A DNA stretch of 37,525 bases, from the NCBI GenBank assembly GCA_023621895.1, contig JAMOAF010000741.1, positions 1-37,525 on the forward strand, written 5' to 3'. The first letter of the stretch is position 1. Each line of letters begins with the position of its first letter. Below are positions 1-8,706 of this stretch, piece by piece. Made by a program: the position numbers and the translations under genes. This stretch comes from Planctomycetota bacterium (lineage in GTDB: Bacteria > Planctomycetota > Planctomycetia > Pirellulales > Thermoguttaceae). The notes below the pieces were generated by a model that saw only the letters and a program-made list of their open reading frames with translations, was not told the origin of the DNA and ran no database searches.

Positions 1-1
1 C

Positions 2-742
2 GTGGTGCCGGGTCTTTGGTATACGGTCGCCGCCACGAACACGGCCGCCTCGGCCGAGCGCTGGTTCCGCGACGTCTTCTGCCAGGACGAGTGCCGCCAG
101 GCGGCCGAGCAGGGTACGAGCGTTTATGCCCTGCTGCACGCGATGGCCGCCGAGGCGCCGCCCGGCGCGGAGGGCTTGTTTTTTCACCCCTACCTGCTGG
201 GCGAGCGTTCGCCCTACTGGGACGCCAGCCTCCGCGGCAGCTTCGCTGGGGCGACGATGCGGCACGGCAAGGGCCACTTCGTCCGGGCGATTCTCGAAGG
301 CGTGGCCTATTCCCTCCGCGATTGCTTCCGCACGATCGAGGAGATGGGGCTGGCGGTGAACGAAATCCGCCTGATCGGCGGCGGGGCCAAGAGCGACCTG
401 TGGGCGCAGATTCTCGCCGACGTGTTCAACATGCCGATCGTTCGCCCCGAGGGGTGCGACGCGAGTTTCGGGGCGGCGCTGTTGGCCGGCGTGGGCATCG
501 GCCGGTTCCCCAGCGAGGCGGCGGCCGTCAACGAGTGCGTGCAAATCCGCGACCGGCTCGAGCCCAACCCGGCGGCGGCTGAACTCTACGCCGAGCTGTT
601 TCCCGTCTACTGCCGGATTCACGACGACCTGGCCGGCACGTACGCCCGGCTGGCCGCCATGCTCGACGGGCAAAAAGCTCGAACTCCGTCGGCCGCCGGC
701 AGCGCAGCCGGCAGCGGGTCCCCAACCGAGAACAGGCTCTGA
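2..742 (+). CDS. xylB: FGGY-family carbohydrate kinase, C-terminal part (xylulokinase-like); 5' end lies outside the window
   Basis: ORF enters from the left edge. It has the FGGY C-terminal signature LIGGGAKSDLWAQILADVFNMPIV followed by GAALLAGVGIG. The layout matches my memory of the XylB C-terminus. GC3 is high. Confidence 0.8.
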   Translation: MVPGLWYTVAATNTAASAERWFRDVFCQDECRQAAEQGTSVYALLHAMAAEAPPGAEGLFFHPYLLGERSPYWDASLRGSFAGATMRHGKGHFVRAILEGVAYSLRDCFRTIEEMGLAVNEIRLIGGGAKSDLWAQILADVFNMPIVRPEGCDASFGAALLAGVGIGRFPSEAAAVNECVQIRDRLEPNPAAAELYAELFPVYCRIHDDLAGTYARLAAMLDGQKARTPSAAGSAAGSGSPTENRL

Positions 743-762
743 ACAGAAGGAGGCTTGCCGCC

Positions 763-1809
763 GTGCTGAGAGTTGGAATTGCCGGGTTCGGATTCATGGG
801 GCGCATGCACTACCGCTGCTTCAAGGCGTTGGAAGGCGTGGAGGTTGCGGCCGTCTGCGACGCCGACCCGCGCGCTTTCGGCGAGGCGGGAGCCGCCCGC
901 GGCAACATCGCGGGCGCCGAGGGCGAAGTGGACCTTCGCAACGTGGCGATCCATGCGGACCTCGGCGAGATGCTCGCCCGCGAAGCGCTCGACGCGGTCT
1001 CGATCACGGTGCCGACGCACCTGCACGCCGAGTGTTCGATTTCCGCGCTGGCCTCGGGCGTGCACGTCCTCTGTGAAAAGCCGATGGCCTTGAATCTTGC
1101 CGACGGGCGGCGGATGATCGAGGCCGCCCGGCGAGCCGGCAAGCTGCTCCAGATCGGGCACTGCACGCGGTTCTGGCCCGAGTATGCCTGGGCCAAGGAG
1201 GCGATCGAGCGGGGGACGTACGGCCGGGTGATCGCGGCCACGTTTCAGCGCCTCGCGGCGACCGCCGCGCGGAAGGCCGGCAGTTGGTTTACGGACGAGT
1301 CGCGGAGCGGCGGCATGCCGTTGGATTTGCACATCCACGACACGGACTTCGTTCAATACCTGTTCGGAATGCCGCAGGGCGTGTCGAGCTTCGGCGCGGA
1401 AGCGCCCGGCGGCGGGCTGGTCCACATCGCCACCCGCTACGAATACGCGGACACGCTCGTGGTCGCCGAGGGTGGCTGGGCGATGATGCCGCCGTTCGGC
1501 TTCCAGATGCGGTTTCACATTGCGTTGGAGCGGGCGACGCTCGATTTCGACTACCAGCGCGACCCGAAGCTGCGGCTCGCGACGGTCGAGGGCGAGTCGC
1601 TCGCGCCGCGCTGCGCCGGCGGCGACGGGTATTCGCACGAGATCGCGCACTTCGCCCGGCGCGTCCGCGGCGAGAGCGTGCCCGAGGTGATCACGGCCGA
1701 AGAGGCGCTAAACTCGCTGCGGATTGTGGCGGCCGAGCGGGAGTCCGCCCGGCGGGGGCGGAGCGTGCGGCTCGACGAGTTTTCCAAGGAGCGCGATGAT
1801 GAAGTGTAA
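763..1809 (+). CDS. Gfo/Idh/MocA family NAD(P)-dependent oxidoreductase
   Basis: GTG start 20 nt after the upstream stop. N-terminal Rossmann motif VGIAGFGFMGRMH and the family EKP motif (VLCEKPMAL). 348 aa. Confidence 0.85.
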   Translation: MLRVGIAGFGFMGRMHYRCFKALEGVEVAAVCDADPRAFGEAGAARGNIAGAEGEVDLRNVAIHADLGEMLAREALDAVSITVPTHLHAECSISALASGVHVLCEKPMALNLADGRRMIEAARRAGKLLQIGHCTRFWPEYAWAKEAIERGTYGRVIAATFQRLAATAARKAGSWFTDESRSGGMPLDLHIHDTDFVQYLFGMPQGVSSFGAEAPGGGLVHIATRYEYADTLVVAEGGWAMMPPFGFQMRFHIALERATLDFDYQRDPKLRLATVEGESLAPRCAGGDGYSHEIAHFARRVRGESVPEVITAEEALNSLRIVAAERESARRGRSVRLDEFSKERDDEV

Positions 1810-2620
1810 CGGCTGGCCGGTGGGCGTTTGCAGTTGGTCGCTCCAGAGCGATCTGGCCGGAGTGGCCGCGGCAATGCGGCAGTTGGAGATCGACCATGTG
1901 AACCTGGCGCTCAAGCCGGCATTCCGGGAGCAGGGCGAGGAGTACCTGGCCGCGGTCGGCCGGCAAGACTGGACGATCACCGCCACGACGATCGGTTTCT
2001 TCCAGGAAGACTACACGTCGCTGGCGAGCATTCGGGCGACCGGCGGGATCGTGCCCGACGAGCACTGGGCGGAGAACCGCCGGATGGTCGAGCGCGCGGC
2101 GGAGATCACGGCCGAGATGGGCGTCGGCTACCTGACGATGCACGCCGGATTCCTGGAGAGCGGCAACGCGGAGGAGCAGAAAAAGGTCCGCGACCGGCTC
2201 GGCTGGCTGGCGGACGCGGCCGCGCGGCTTGGCATCGGCCTGCTGCTGGAGACGGGGCAGGAGACGGCCGAGTGCCTCCGCGCCCTGTTGGAAGAACTGG
2301 ACCACCCGGCGCTGGGCGTCAACTTCGATCCGGCGAACATGATCCTCTACGGCAAGGGCGATCCGATCGCCGCCGCGCGGCTGCTCGGGCGCTGGATCAA
2401 GCACGTGCACGTCAAGGACGCGGTCGCCGCCGAGCAGCCGGGCCAGTGGGGCCGCGAGGCGCCTTGGGGCGACGGCCAGGTGGGCAGCGATGCGTTTTTG
2501 AAGGCGTTGGAGGAAATCGAGTTCGCCGGCGCGCTGGCGATCGAACGCGAGGCCGGCAGCGACCGGCTGGGCGATATACGCCGGGCCGCCGCAAGGCTGG
2601 CCGGCTGGCACTCCACTTAG
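1796..2620 (+). CDS. sugar phosphate isomerase/epimerase (xylose-isomerase-like TIM barrel, AP_endonuc_2 fold)
   Basis: In-frame ATG-ATG at 1796, inside the longer track ORF 1724..2620. It overlaps the upstream stop (1807-1809), suggesting translational coupling. Family-typical segments are GYLTMHAG, LLLETGQET and NFDPANMILYG. Confidence 0.75.
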   Translation: MMKCNGWPVGVCSWSLQSDLAGVAAAMRQLEIDHVNLALKPAFREQGEEYLAAVGRQDWTITATTIGFFQEDYTSLASIRATGGIVPDEHWAENRRMVERAAEITAEMGVGYLTMHAGFLESGNAEEQKKVRDRLGWLADAAARLGIGLLLETGQETAECLRALLEELDHPALGVNFDPANMILYGKGDPIAAARLLGRWIKHVHVKDAVAAEQPGQWGREAPWGDGQVGSDAFLKALEEIEFAGALAIEREAGSDRLGDIRRAAARLAGWHST

Positions 2621-2701
2621 TTTGCACACTCCGCGCGCCGGCCGCGGCACGGCGAGCCCGGCGGCGGCGGTTGGCTTTGACACGAAAAAGGGAGGACGTC
2701 C

Positions 2702-3892
2702 ATGAACGACGAGATGACCTGGGATCTGTATCTCAGCCTGAGCGGCATGAAGTTCCTCGAATTCACCGTCTGGGGCGCCTGGGCGCCTGTTTTGGCCTCC
2801 CGCATCCTCGGGCCGTTGAAAATGACCGGGAAGCAGTTGGGGTGGATTTATGCGACGCTGCCGTTGGCGTGTTTCCTGGCGCCGATGGCGGCCGGGCAGA
2901 TCGTCGATCGGTGGTGCCCGACGGAACAGTACATGGCCGGAGCGCACCTGCTGGGCGGCGTGTTTCTGCTGGCGGCCGCGCGGGCCACGCGTTTCACGCC
3001 GTTGTTTCTGCTGATGCTCGGCCACTGCTTGTGTTTTGCGCCGACGCTGGCGATGGTCAACTCGCTGACCTTCGCCCACATGCCGAATCCGGAAGTCAAC
3101 TATTTCCGCGTCCGCATGTGGGGGGCCGTCTCCTGGGTGTTGATCGGCTGGCTGCTCTCGCTCTGGCGGCGGTCGGGCAAGCTACAGGTCAAGGGGGCGG
3201 ACAGCCTCGTACTGGCGGCGGTCTGCTCGTTCGTGATGGGGCTCTACTGCTTCACGCTGCCGCACACGCCGCCCGCCCACACCGGCGCCGGCGCCTTGCC
3301 GTTCATCAAGGCGCTCTCGCTCTTCAACGAGCCGACGTTCCTGATCTTCATGGTGATCTCGTTCGTCGTCACCACGCAATTGCAGTTTTACTACCTGGGC
3401 ACCGCGCGTTTCCTGGAAGACATCGGCACCTCGCACGCGGCGATCCCCGCGGCGATGAGCATCGCCCAGGTCGCGCAGGTGGTGGCGATGGCGGTGATTC
3501 TGCCGCCGATCTTCGCGCCCTTGGGCTATCGCTGGATCATGGCCTTGGGCACCGGCTTCTGGCTGGTGATGTTCTTGCTCTACGCCTGCATGAAGCCGCG
3601 CGGCCTGGTGATCGGATCGATGATGCTGCACGGCCTGGCCTACGCGTTTTTCTTCGACGCCGCCTTCATCTACATCAATGGCGCGGCGCCGACCGACATC
3701 CGCGCCTCGGCCCAGGGGCTTTACGTGGCGGTGACCTCGGGCCTGGGCCTGTTCGCGGGAACGCAGTTTACCGGCTTTGTGATGGACTACTTCCGCAGCG
3801 ACGGCAAGTTCCGCTGGCGGCCGATTTTCCTCGTACCCTGCGTGCTTCTGAGCCTTTGCACGCTGGCCTTCGCGGTGCTGTTTAAAGGTTAG
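2702..3892 (+). CDS. MFS transporter of the nucleoside:H+ symporter (NupG/XapB-like) family
   Basis: ATG preceded by AAGGGAGGA. About 12 hydrophobic segments. Recalled NupG-type motifs are FLEFTVWGAW, FTLPHTPP and IRASAQGLY. Confidence 0.8.
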   Translation: MNDEMTWDLYLSLSGMKFLEFTVWGAWAPVLASRILGPLKMTGKQLGWIYATLPLACFLAPMAAGQIVDRWCPTEQYMAGAHLLGGVFLLAAARATRFTPLFLLMLGHCLCFAPTLAMVNSLTFAHMPNPEVNYFRVRMWGAVSWVLIGWLLSLWRRSGKLQVKGADSLVLAAVCSFVMGLYCFTLPHTPPAHTGAGALPFIKALSLFNEPTFLIFMVISFVVTTQLQFYYLGTARFLEDIGTSHAAIPAAMSIAQVAQVVAMAVILPPIFAPLGYRWIMALGTGFWLVMFLLYACMKPRGLVIGSMMLHGLAYAFFFDAAFIYINGAAPTDIRASAQGLYVAVTSGLGLFAGTQFTGFVMDYFRSDGKFRWRPIFLVPCVLLSLCTLAFAVLFKG

Positions 3893-3898
3893 CAGGGA

Positions 3899-3924
3899 GG
3901 TTCCCAAGCTGGAGCTTGGGAACC
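3899..3924 (+). repeat. GGTTCCCAAGC-TGGA-GCTTGGGAACC hairpin, 7 nt downstream of the MFS stop; member of a dispersed palindromic family (see 26331-26491)
   Basis: Perfect 11-bp stem with a 4-nt loop read directly. A second small palindrome GACAGTACTGTC (3931-3942) and short direct repeats (CTGAAAA x2, CGCTGAC x2) follow. Confidence 0.9.
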
Positions 3925-4018
3925 AGGAAAGACAGTACTGTCCAGTTGCCGCTGAAAACTGAAAACCGAGCGCTGACCGCTGACCGCTTTCCCACCGACA
4001 TAGCAGGAACATTGCACC

Positions 4019-4810
4019 ATGCCACTTGAGTGGATACGCGTCGACAATTACGAATCGATGAGCCGCGCCGGCGCGGAGCGGATTGCCGCCGCGATCGAGC
4101 GGCAGCTTCGCGAGCGCGGCTCGATGTGCCTCGGGTTGGCCACCGGCAACACGATGCTGCGGCTGTACGAGTGCCTGGCCGAGTTGCTGAACGGCCGCCG
4201 CCCGGACCTGTCGCAACTGCACACGTTCAACCTCGATGAATACGTCGGCGACCAGGGGCAGCCGGTCGCCTTCGACCACCCCTTGAGTTACCGCGCGTAT
4301 ATGGAGAAGAATCTCTTCTCGCGACTCGATCCGCGGCTGGGATTCAATTTGGACAACGCCCATTTTCCGGACCCCGCCTCGCCGGCCGCCTTCGACCGCC
4401 TGATCGGCGCGCTCGGCGGCCTCGACCTGCAATTGCTGGGCATTGGTTTCAACGGGCACATCGCCTTCAACGAGCCGATCTCCGAGGAGGAGATCAGCGC
4501 CGCTGACTTCGCCGAGTTGCCGACGAGAGTTATCGACCTGACCGAGCTGACAATCGAGAGCAACGCGGACTTGACCGCCGGCGGCGATCGCTCGCGTGTT
4601 CCCGAAAAAGCCGTTACCATGGGGATGGAACCGATCCTCGCGGCTCGCGAGATTCTGCTCTTGGCGTGCTTCCCGGAGCAGCAGGCCCCCCTGGCGAGAA
4701 TCATGCGGGGACGCCCCACGCCCGAACTGCCGGCCAGCTACCTGCTGGGTCATCCGCGGAGCACGATTATCTACACGGGCGATCGGATCTCGCTGGAGGA
4801 GGCGTCATGA
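4019..4810 (+). CDS. nagB: glucosamine-6-phosphate deaminase / 6-phosphogluconolactonase family protein (NagB-like)
   Basis: Motifs GLATGNTM, FNLDEYVG and GIGFNGHIAFNEP align with my memory of E. coli NagB. 263 aa. Confidence 0.8.
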   Translation: MPLEWIRVDNYESMSRAGAERIAAAIERQLRERGSMCLGLATGNTMLRLYECLAELLNGRRPDLSQLHTFNLDEYVGDQGQPVAFDHPLSYRAYMEKNLFSRLDPRLGFNLDNAHFPDPASPAAFDRLIGALGGLDLQLLGIGFNGHIAFNEPISEEEISAADFAELPTRVIDLTELTIESNADLTAGGDRSRVPEKAVTMGMEPILAAREILLLACFPEQQAPLARIMRGRPTPELPASYLLGHPRSTIIYTGDRISLEEAS

Positions 4811-5706
4811 AGGCTCGCGGCACGCTGTTGATCGGTTATGACGTGGAGCGGATTCCGGGCCGCGTGCCCGGCGAGAAGTGGGTCGGCCAGGCGCTGGCGG
4901 AGAACACGGCCGAGATGTTCCTCGAGGCGGCCGTGCGGATTCACCAGGAGGTGGGCGTGCCGGCCACGCTGTTCGTCGTCGGCTGCAAGATCGAGCGGCT
5001 CCGCCCGCAACTGGAGGCCTGCCTGGCCTCCGGCTGGTTCGAGATCGCGCAGCACACGCACGAGCACTACCCGCTGAAGACCGTCGTCGAGGAGAGCCCC
5101 GACAACGTCTACCTGCCGGGCCTGCCCTTTGACCGGATCGAGGAGCAGCTCGCCCGGCCCGTGGAGCTGTTGCGGCGGTGCCTGGGCGTTTCATGCCAAG
5201 GCGTCACCGCTCCTTACTCGCATTACCGCGGGCTGGCCGACCGGCCCGACATCCTCGCAATCATCGCCCGGCACGGGATGCGGTACGTCCGCTCCTGCGG
5301 CCGCAACAGCCGGGACTACTTTCCGCTCGGTTGGGACGTGCAGCCCTTCTGGTACGACCGGCAGGGGTTCCCCGAGTTGCTGGAGACGCCGATGCAGGGC
5401 TGGATCGACGCCCAGTGGCGGCGCGAGCACGGCTGGGCGAACTGGGCCGCTTATCACGGCTATCTCAAGGAGCAGGTCGATCGCGTGGCCGATGCCGGGC
5501 TCTGCTGGTCGCACTGCCAGCACGACTGGACGAGCGTGCTTTACGACGAGCCGCTCGACTGGACGCGAAAATTCCTCCAGTACGCCGCCGAGCGGCTGCA
5601 ACTGATGACCCACGGAGACTTCTATCAACAGATGCGGCAGCCTGGCAGCAGGGCGGCCGCGCGGGACCTTGATTCCGGAGCAGCGACTGATGCCCGTGCC
5701 CACTGA
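4807..5706 (+). CDS. polysaccharide deacetylase (NodB-type) family protein
   Basis: ATG at 4807 overlaps the nagB-like stop as ATGA. Begins MKARGTLLIGYDVE, with ATLFVVG and QHTHEH (H-x-x-x-H-like metal motif). The longer track ORF 4666..5706 is probably an upstream extension. Confidence 0.7.
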   Translation: MKARGTLLIGYDVERIPGRVPGEKWVGQALAENTAEMFLEAAVRIHQEVGVPATLFVVGCKIERLRPQLEACLASGWFEIAQHTHEHYPLKTVVEESPDNVYLPGLPFDRIEEQLARPVELLRRCLGVSCQGVTAPYSHYRGLADRPDILAIIARHGMRYVRSCGRNSRDYFPLGWDVQPFWYDRQGFPELLETPMQGWIDAQWRREHGWANWAAYHGYLKEQVDRVADAGLCWSHCQHDWTSVLYDEPLDWTRKFLQYAAERLQLMTHGDFYQQMRQPGSRAAARDLDSGAATDARAH

Positions 5707-7135
5707 GAGTTATTTGAACGAGTTCCTCTACGGCGAGTTGGTTGACGTGGTGGGGCCGGAAAACGTCTCGGCAAGCCAGTCGGACAAGATCGCCTACTCG
5801 TGCGATTACTACTGGATTCCCGAACTTTGGCTCGATCGCGGCCGCCCCTTGCCGGAGCCGGACCTGGTCGTCCACCCGCGCTCGGCCGAGGAAGTCTCGC
5901 GCGTCTGCCGCATCGCCGCCAACCACAAGGCGCCGCTGACCACCTGGGGGGGCGGCTCCGGCTCGCAGGGCGGCGCGCTGCCGATCCACGGCGGCATCCT
6001 GCTCGACACCAAGAAGCTCAACCGCATTCTGGAGATCGACAAGACCTCGCTGACGGTGACCGCCGAAACCGGGATCATCATGCAGCACCTGGAATGGGCC
6101 CTGGAGCGGGAAGGCCTGGCGACGATGCACGAGCCGGCCTCGATCGGTTGCGCTACCCTGGGAGGGTTCCTCGCGCATCGGGGCACGGGGGTGCTTTCCA
6201 CCAAGTACGGCAAGATCGAAGACATGATCATGTCGCTCGAAGCCGTGCTCCCCGACGCGACGATCATCAACACGCTGGCGGTTCCGCGGCACGCCTCGGG
6301 CCCCGACCTGAACCAGTTATTCCTCGGCTCCGAGGGGACCTTCGGCGTGATCACCAAGGCGACGCTGAAGGTCCATCCGCTCCCCGAAGTCCGCCGTTTC
6401 CACGCCTTCGTGTTTCCCGATCTGCACGCCGGGCTCGAGGCGGGCCGCCAGATTATGGTCCGCCGCCTGCGGCCGTCGGTGATCCGCCTGTACGACGAGG
6501 CGGAGACCCGCCGCCTGATCCGCCGCGTGCTGGGCATCGACAAGGAGGGGGCCTACCTGGTGTTCGGCTTCGACGGCGACGAGGACCTGGTGGATTTGGA
6601 AATGCAGAAGGCGCTGGCGATCTGCCGCGCGCTGCCCCATGAAGACCTCGGCAGCCGGCTGGGCGAAGACTGGTGGGACCACCGCTACGACTTCTTCTTC
6701 CCCAACCACATGTTCCACCTGCCGCAGGCCTTCGGCACGCTCGACACCGTGGCCACGTTTGCGAAAATCGAGAATGTCTACCGCGCGATGAAACGCGTGA
6801 TCGAGGAACAGTTCCCGATGGCTCGCTACATCGGCCATTTCTCCCACTGGTACGAATGGGGCTGCATGCTCTACGCCCGCTTCATCATCGACCAGGCGCC
6901 CGACGACGCCCACGAGGCGGTCCAACTCTACAACCGCATCTGGGACGCGTGCCTGCGGGCGGCAATCGCCGAGGGCGGCCTGCTCAACGAGCACCACGGC
7001 ATCGGGCTGAAGCTCGGCCGGCTGATGCGGGAACTCTACGGCCCGGCCTTCGGGCTCCTGGAACACATCAAGAAGGCGATCGATCCGGGCAACATCATGA
7101 ACCCCGGCAAGATGGGATTTGAGACGTTTCGTTGA
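5690..7135 (+). CDS. FAD-linked oxidase (FAD_binding_4 plus FAD-oxidase C-terminal domain; alkyl-DHAP-synthase / GlcD-like)
   Basis: WGGGSGSQGGALP FAD-binding loop, GGFLAHRGTGVLSTKYGKIEDMI, and C-terminal HHGIGLKL ... IDPGNIMNPGK. ATG at 5690 overlaps the end of the upstream gene. A TTG at 5669 is an alternative start. Confidence 0.8.
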   Translation: MPVPTESYLNEFLYGELVDVVGPENVSASQSDKIAYSCDYYWIPELWLDRGRPLPEPDLVVHPRSAEEVSRVCRIAANHKAPLTTWGGGSGSQGGALPIHGGILLDTKKLNRILEIDKTSLTVTAETGIIMQHLEWALEREGLATMHEPASIGCATLGGFLAHRGTGVLSTKYGKIEDMIMSLEAVLPDATIINTLAVPRHASGPDLNQLFLGSEGTFGVITKATLKVHPLPEVRRFHAFVFPDLHAGLEAGRQIMVRRLRPSVIRLYDEAETRRLIRRVLGIDKEGAYLVFGFDGDEDLVDLEMQKALAICRALPHEDLGSRLGEDWWDHRYDFFFPNHMFHLPQAFGTLDTVATFAKIENVYRAMKRVIEEQFPMARYIGHFSHWYEWGCMLYARFIIDQAPDDAHEAVQLYNRIWDACLRAAIAEGGLLNEHHGIGLKLGRLMRELYGPAFGLLEHIKKAIDPGNIMNPGKMGFETFR

Positions 7136-7205
7136 ATTTATGACTGCCGGCCGGCGCCGGGGCGCTTGCGCGCCAACCGGCCAGAGGCCGACGGAGAATC
7201 AAGCG

Positions 7206-8321
7206 ATGCTGATTACCGACCACGCCGCAACCATCGAGGCCTGCCGTTTCTGCTTCATGTGCCGCCACGTCTGCACCCTGGGGGTCGTCAGCGGCAAGGA
7301 GTCCGATACGCCGCGGGGCAAAGGGTTGATCCTGTTCAAGATTCTCAAGGGCCACGCCGATTACGGCGCGGACCTGGTCGACACGCTCTACCGCTGCTGC
7401 CTGTGCGGGCTGTGCGAGACCTGGTGCAAGGCCGGCTGCCGGCCGCCGGCCGCGGTTGTGGCGGCGCGGGCCGACATCGTGGCCCAAGGCAAGGCGCCCG
7501 AGCAGGTCCGGCGGATCAAGGAGCAGCTCGTCCAGACCGGCAACCCGTTCGGGCTCCCGCCCGGCGAGCGATTCCAGGCGCTCGAGGGGCCGAACCTGTT
7601 CCGCGAGCGGGCCGAGGTCCTCTACTATGCCGGCTGCGACACGGCCTATCGCCAGCCGCGGATCGCCCAAGCGCTGCTGAAGATTTTCCAAGCGGCCGAC
7701 GCCGACTTCACGCTGCTTCCAGGCGAGCGCTCGACCGGCAAGCCGCTGCTGCTTCTGGGCTACCCCGCGGAAGCCCGGGCGATGTCCGGGGACCTGGCCG
7801 AGCAGATCCGCGCCACGCGTTGCCGGACGCTGGTCACCGGCTGCCCGAGCTCGTTCGACGCGTTCACGCGGGATTATCCGGCGATGGGGCTGGACCTCGG
7901 CCGGATCGAAGTCCTCCATACGGCGCAGTACCTGGACCGGCTTCTGGCGGAGGGTCGCCTTGCCCCGCTTTTGTCCGCGGCGACCAGCGCAACTCTCCTC
8001 GACGGCACGTATCTCGGCCGGACGCACGGCATCTTCGACCCGCCGCGGCGCGTTCTGGGGAAGCTGGCCGGGTTGGACTTGCGCGAGATGGTCTGGACGC
8101 GCGAGCTGGCCTATTCCGCCGGCGAGCCCGGCGGGGTATTCCATCTCTTGCAGCCGCAGTTGAGCCGTCAGTTGGCCGCACGGGTCTTGGATGAGGCCGC
8201 CAACACCGGCGCCGGGGTCCTGGCAACCACGTGTCCGGCGACCAAGACCGCGCTGGCCGAGGTGGAGCAGGCTTCGCTCGAAGTCCTCGATGTCGCCGAG
8301 ATTCTCGCCCGGGCCCTTTAA
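7206..8321 (+). CDS. (Fe-S)-binding protein with Cys-rich CCG-type domains (GlcF / heterodisulfide-reductase-like partner of the FAD oxidase)
   Basis: Two ferredoxin-like Cys clusters, CRFCFMCRHVC and CCLCGLCETWC, then YYAGCD and VTGCPS segments typical of CCG domains. GGAGA lies 8 nt upstream of ATG 7206. ATG 7140 is an alternative start. Confidence 0.7.
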   Translation: MLITDHAATIEACRFCFMCRHVCTLGVVSGKESDTPRGKGLILFKILKGHADYGADLVDTLYRCCLCGLCETWCKAGCRPPAAVVAARADIVAQGKAPEQVRRIKEQLVQTGNPFGLPPGERFQALEGPNLFRERAEVLYYAGCDTAYRQPRIAQALLKIFQAADADFTLLPGERSTGKPLLLLGYPAEARAMSGDLAEQIRATRCRTLVTGCPSSFDAFTRDYPAMGLDLGRIEVLHTAQYLDRLLAEGRLAPLLSAATSATLLDGTYLGRTHGIFDPPRRVLGKLAGLDLREMVWTRELAYSAGEPGGVFHLLQPQLSRQLAARVLDEAANTGAGVLATTCPATKTALAEVEQASLEVLDVAEILARAL

Positions 8322-8490
8322 CCCGACGCGTAAGCGAGGACAGGTAACCCGACGCGTAAGCGAGGACAGCTAACCCGACGCGTAAGCGAGGACAGCTAAC
8401 CCGACGCGTGAGCGAGGACTGGTAACCCGACGCGTGAGCGAGGACTGGTAACCCGACGCGTAAGCGAGGACTGGTAACCCGACGCGTGAG
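8319..8490 (+). repeat. tandem array of about 6.5 copies of a 26-bp unit TAACCCGACGCGT(A/G)AGCGAGGAC(A/T)G(G/C)
   Basis: Units at 8319, 8345, 8371, 8397, 8423 and 8449, with a decayed copy from 8475. The first unit contains the TAA stop of the Fe-S gene. There are no unique spacers. Confidence 0.95.
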
Positions 8491-8529
8491 CATTGACGAT
8501 CGTGATTGCCTCCGCCACACTCCAAAAGG

Positions 8530-8706
8530 CTAAATGAGCTTGCGTGATTCCGGGAGGAATGCATGAGAGCGTGATCGCCGCGTGGGCTTGCCCCGCGCGG
8601 CGCGCCTGCGCTGCGGCACAACCCGTACGTAACGAAGCGCGGGGCAAGCTCACGCGGCGATCTGAATAACAGCCGCCTTTTCCACGAATCACGCAGGTCG
8701 ATTTAG
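8530..8706. mobile_element. ~177-bp non-coding foldback element with imperfect ~26-bp terminal inverted repeats (MITE-like), copy A
   Basis: The ends CTAAATGAGCTTGCGTGATTCCGGGA and (reverse complement) CTAAATCGACCTGCGTGATTCGTGGA match at 20 of 26 positions. There are internal inverted GATCGCCGCGTG(G/A)GCTTGCCCCGCGC arms. A second, inverted copy lies at 24722-24897. Confidence 0.55.

Noticed and set aside
619-4753. Long ORFs overlapping the operon genes on the opposite strand or in other frames (619..1650 -, 1691..3079 -, 1828..3885 + at 685 aa, 3182..4753 - at 523 aa)
   Set aside because: They are Arg/Ala/Pro/Gly-rich low-complexity translations typical of shadow frames in GC-rich DNA. Each overlaps a gene with clear family motifs and correct GC3 phase.
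8319-8490. CRISPR array interpretation of the 26-bp repeats (and of 13411-13618)
   Set aside because: The units are directly abutting, with only 3-7 variable nucleotides between cores. There are no unique 25-40-bp spacers and no cas genes in the window.
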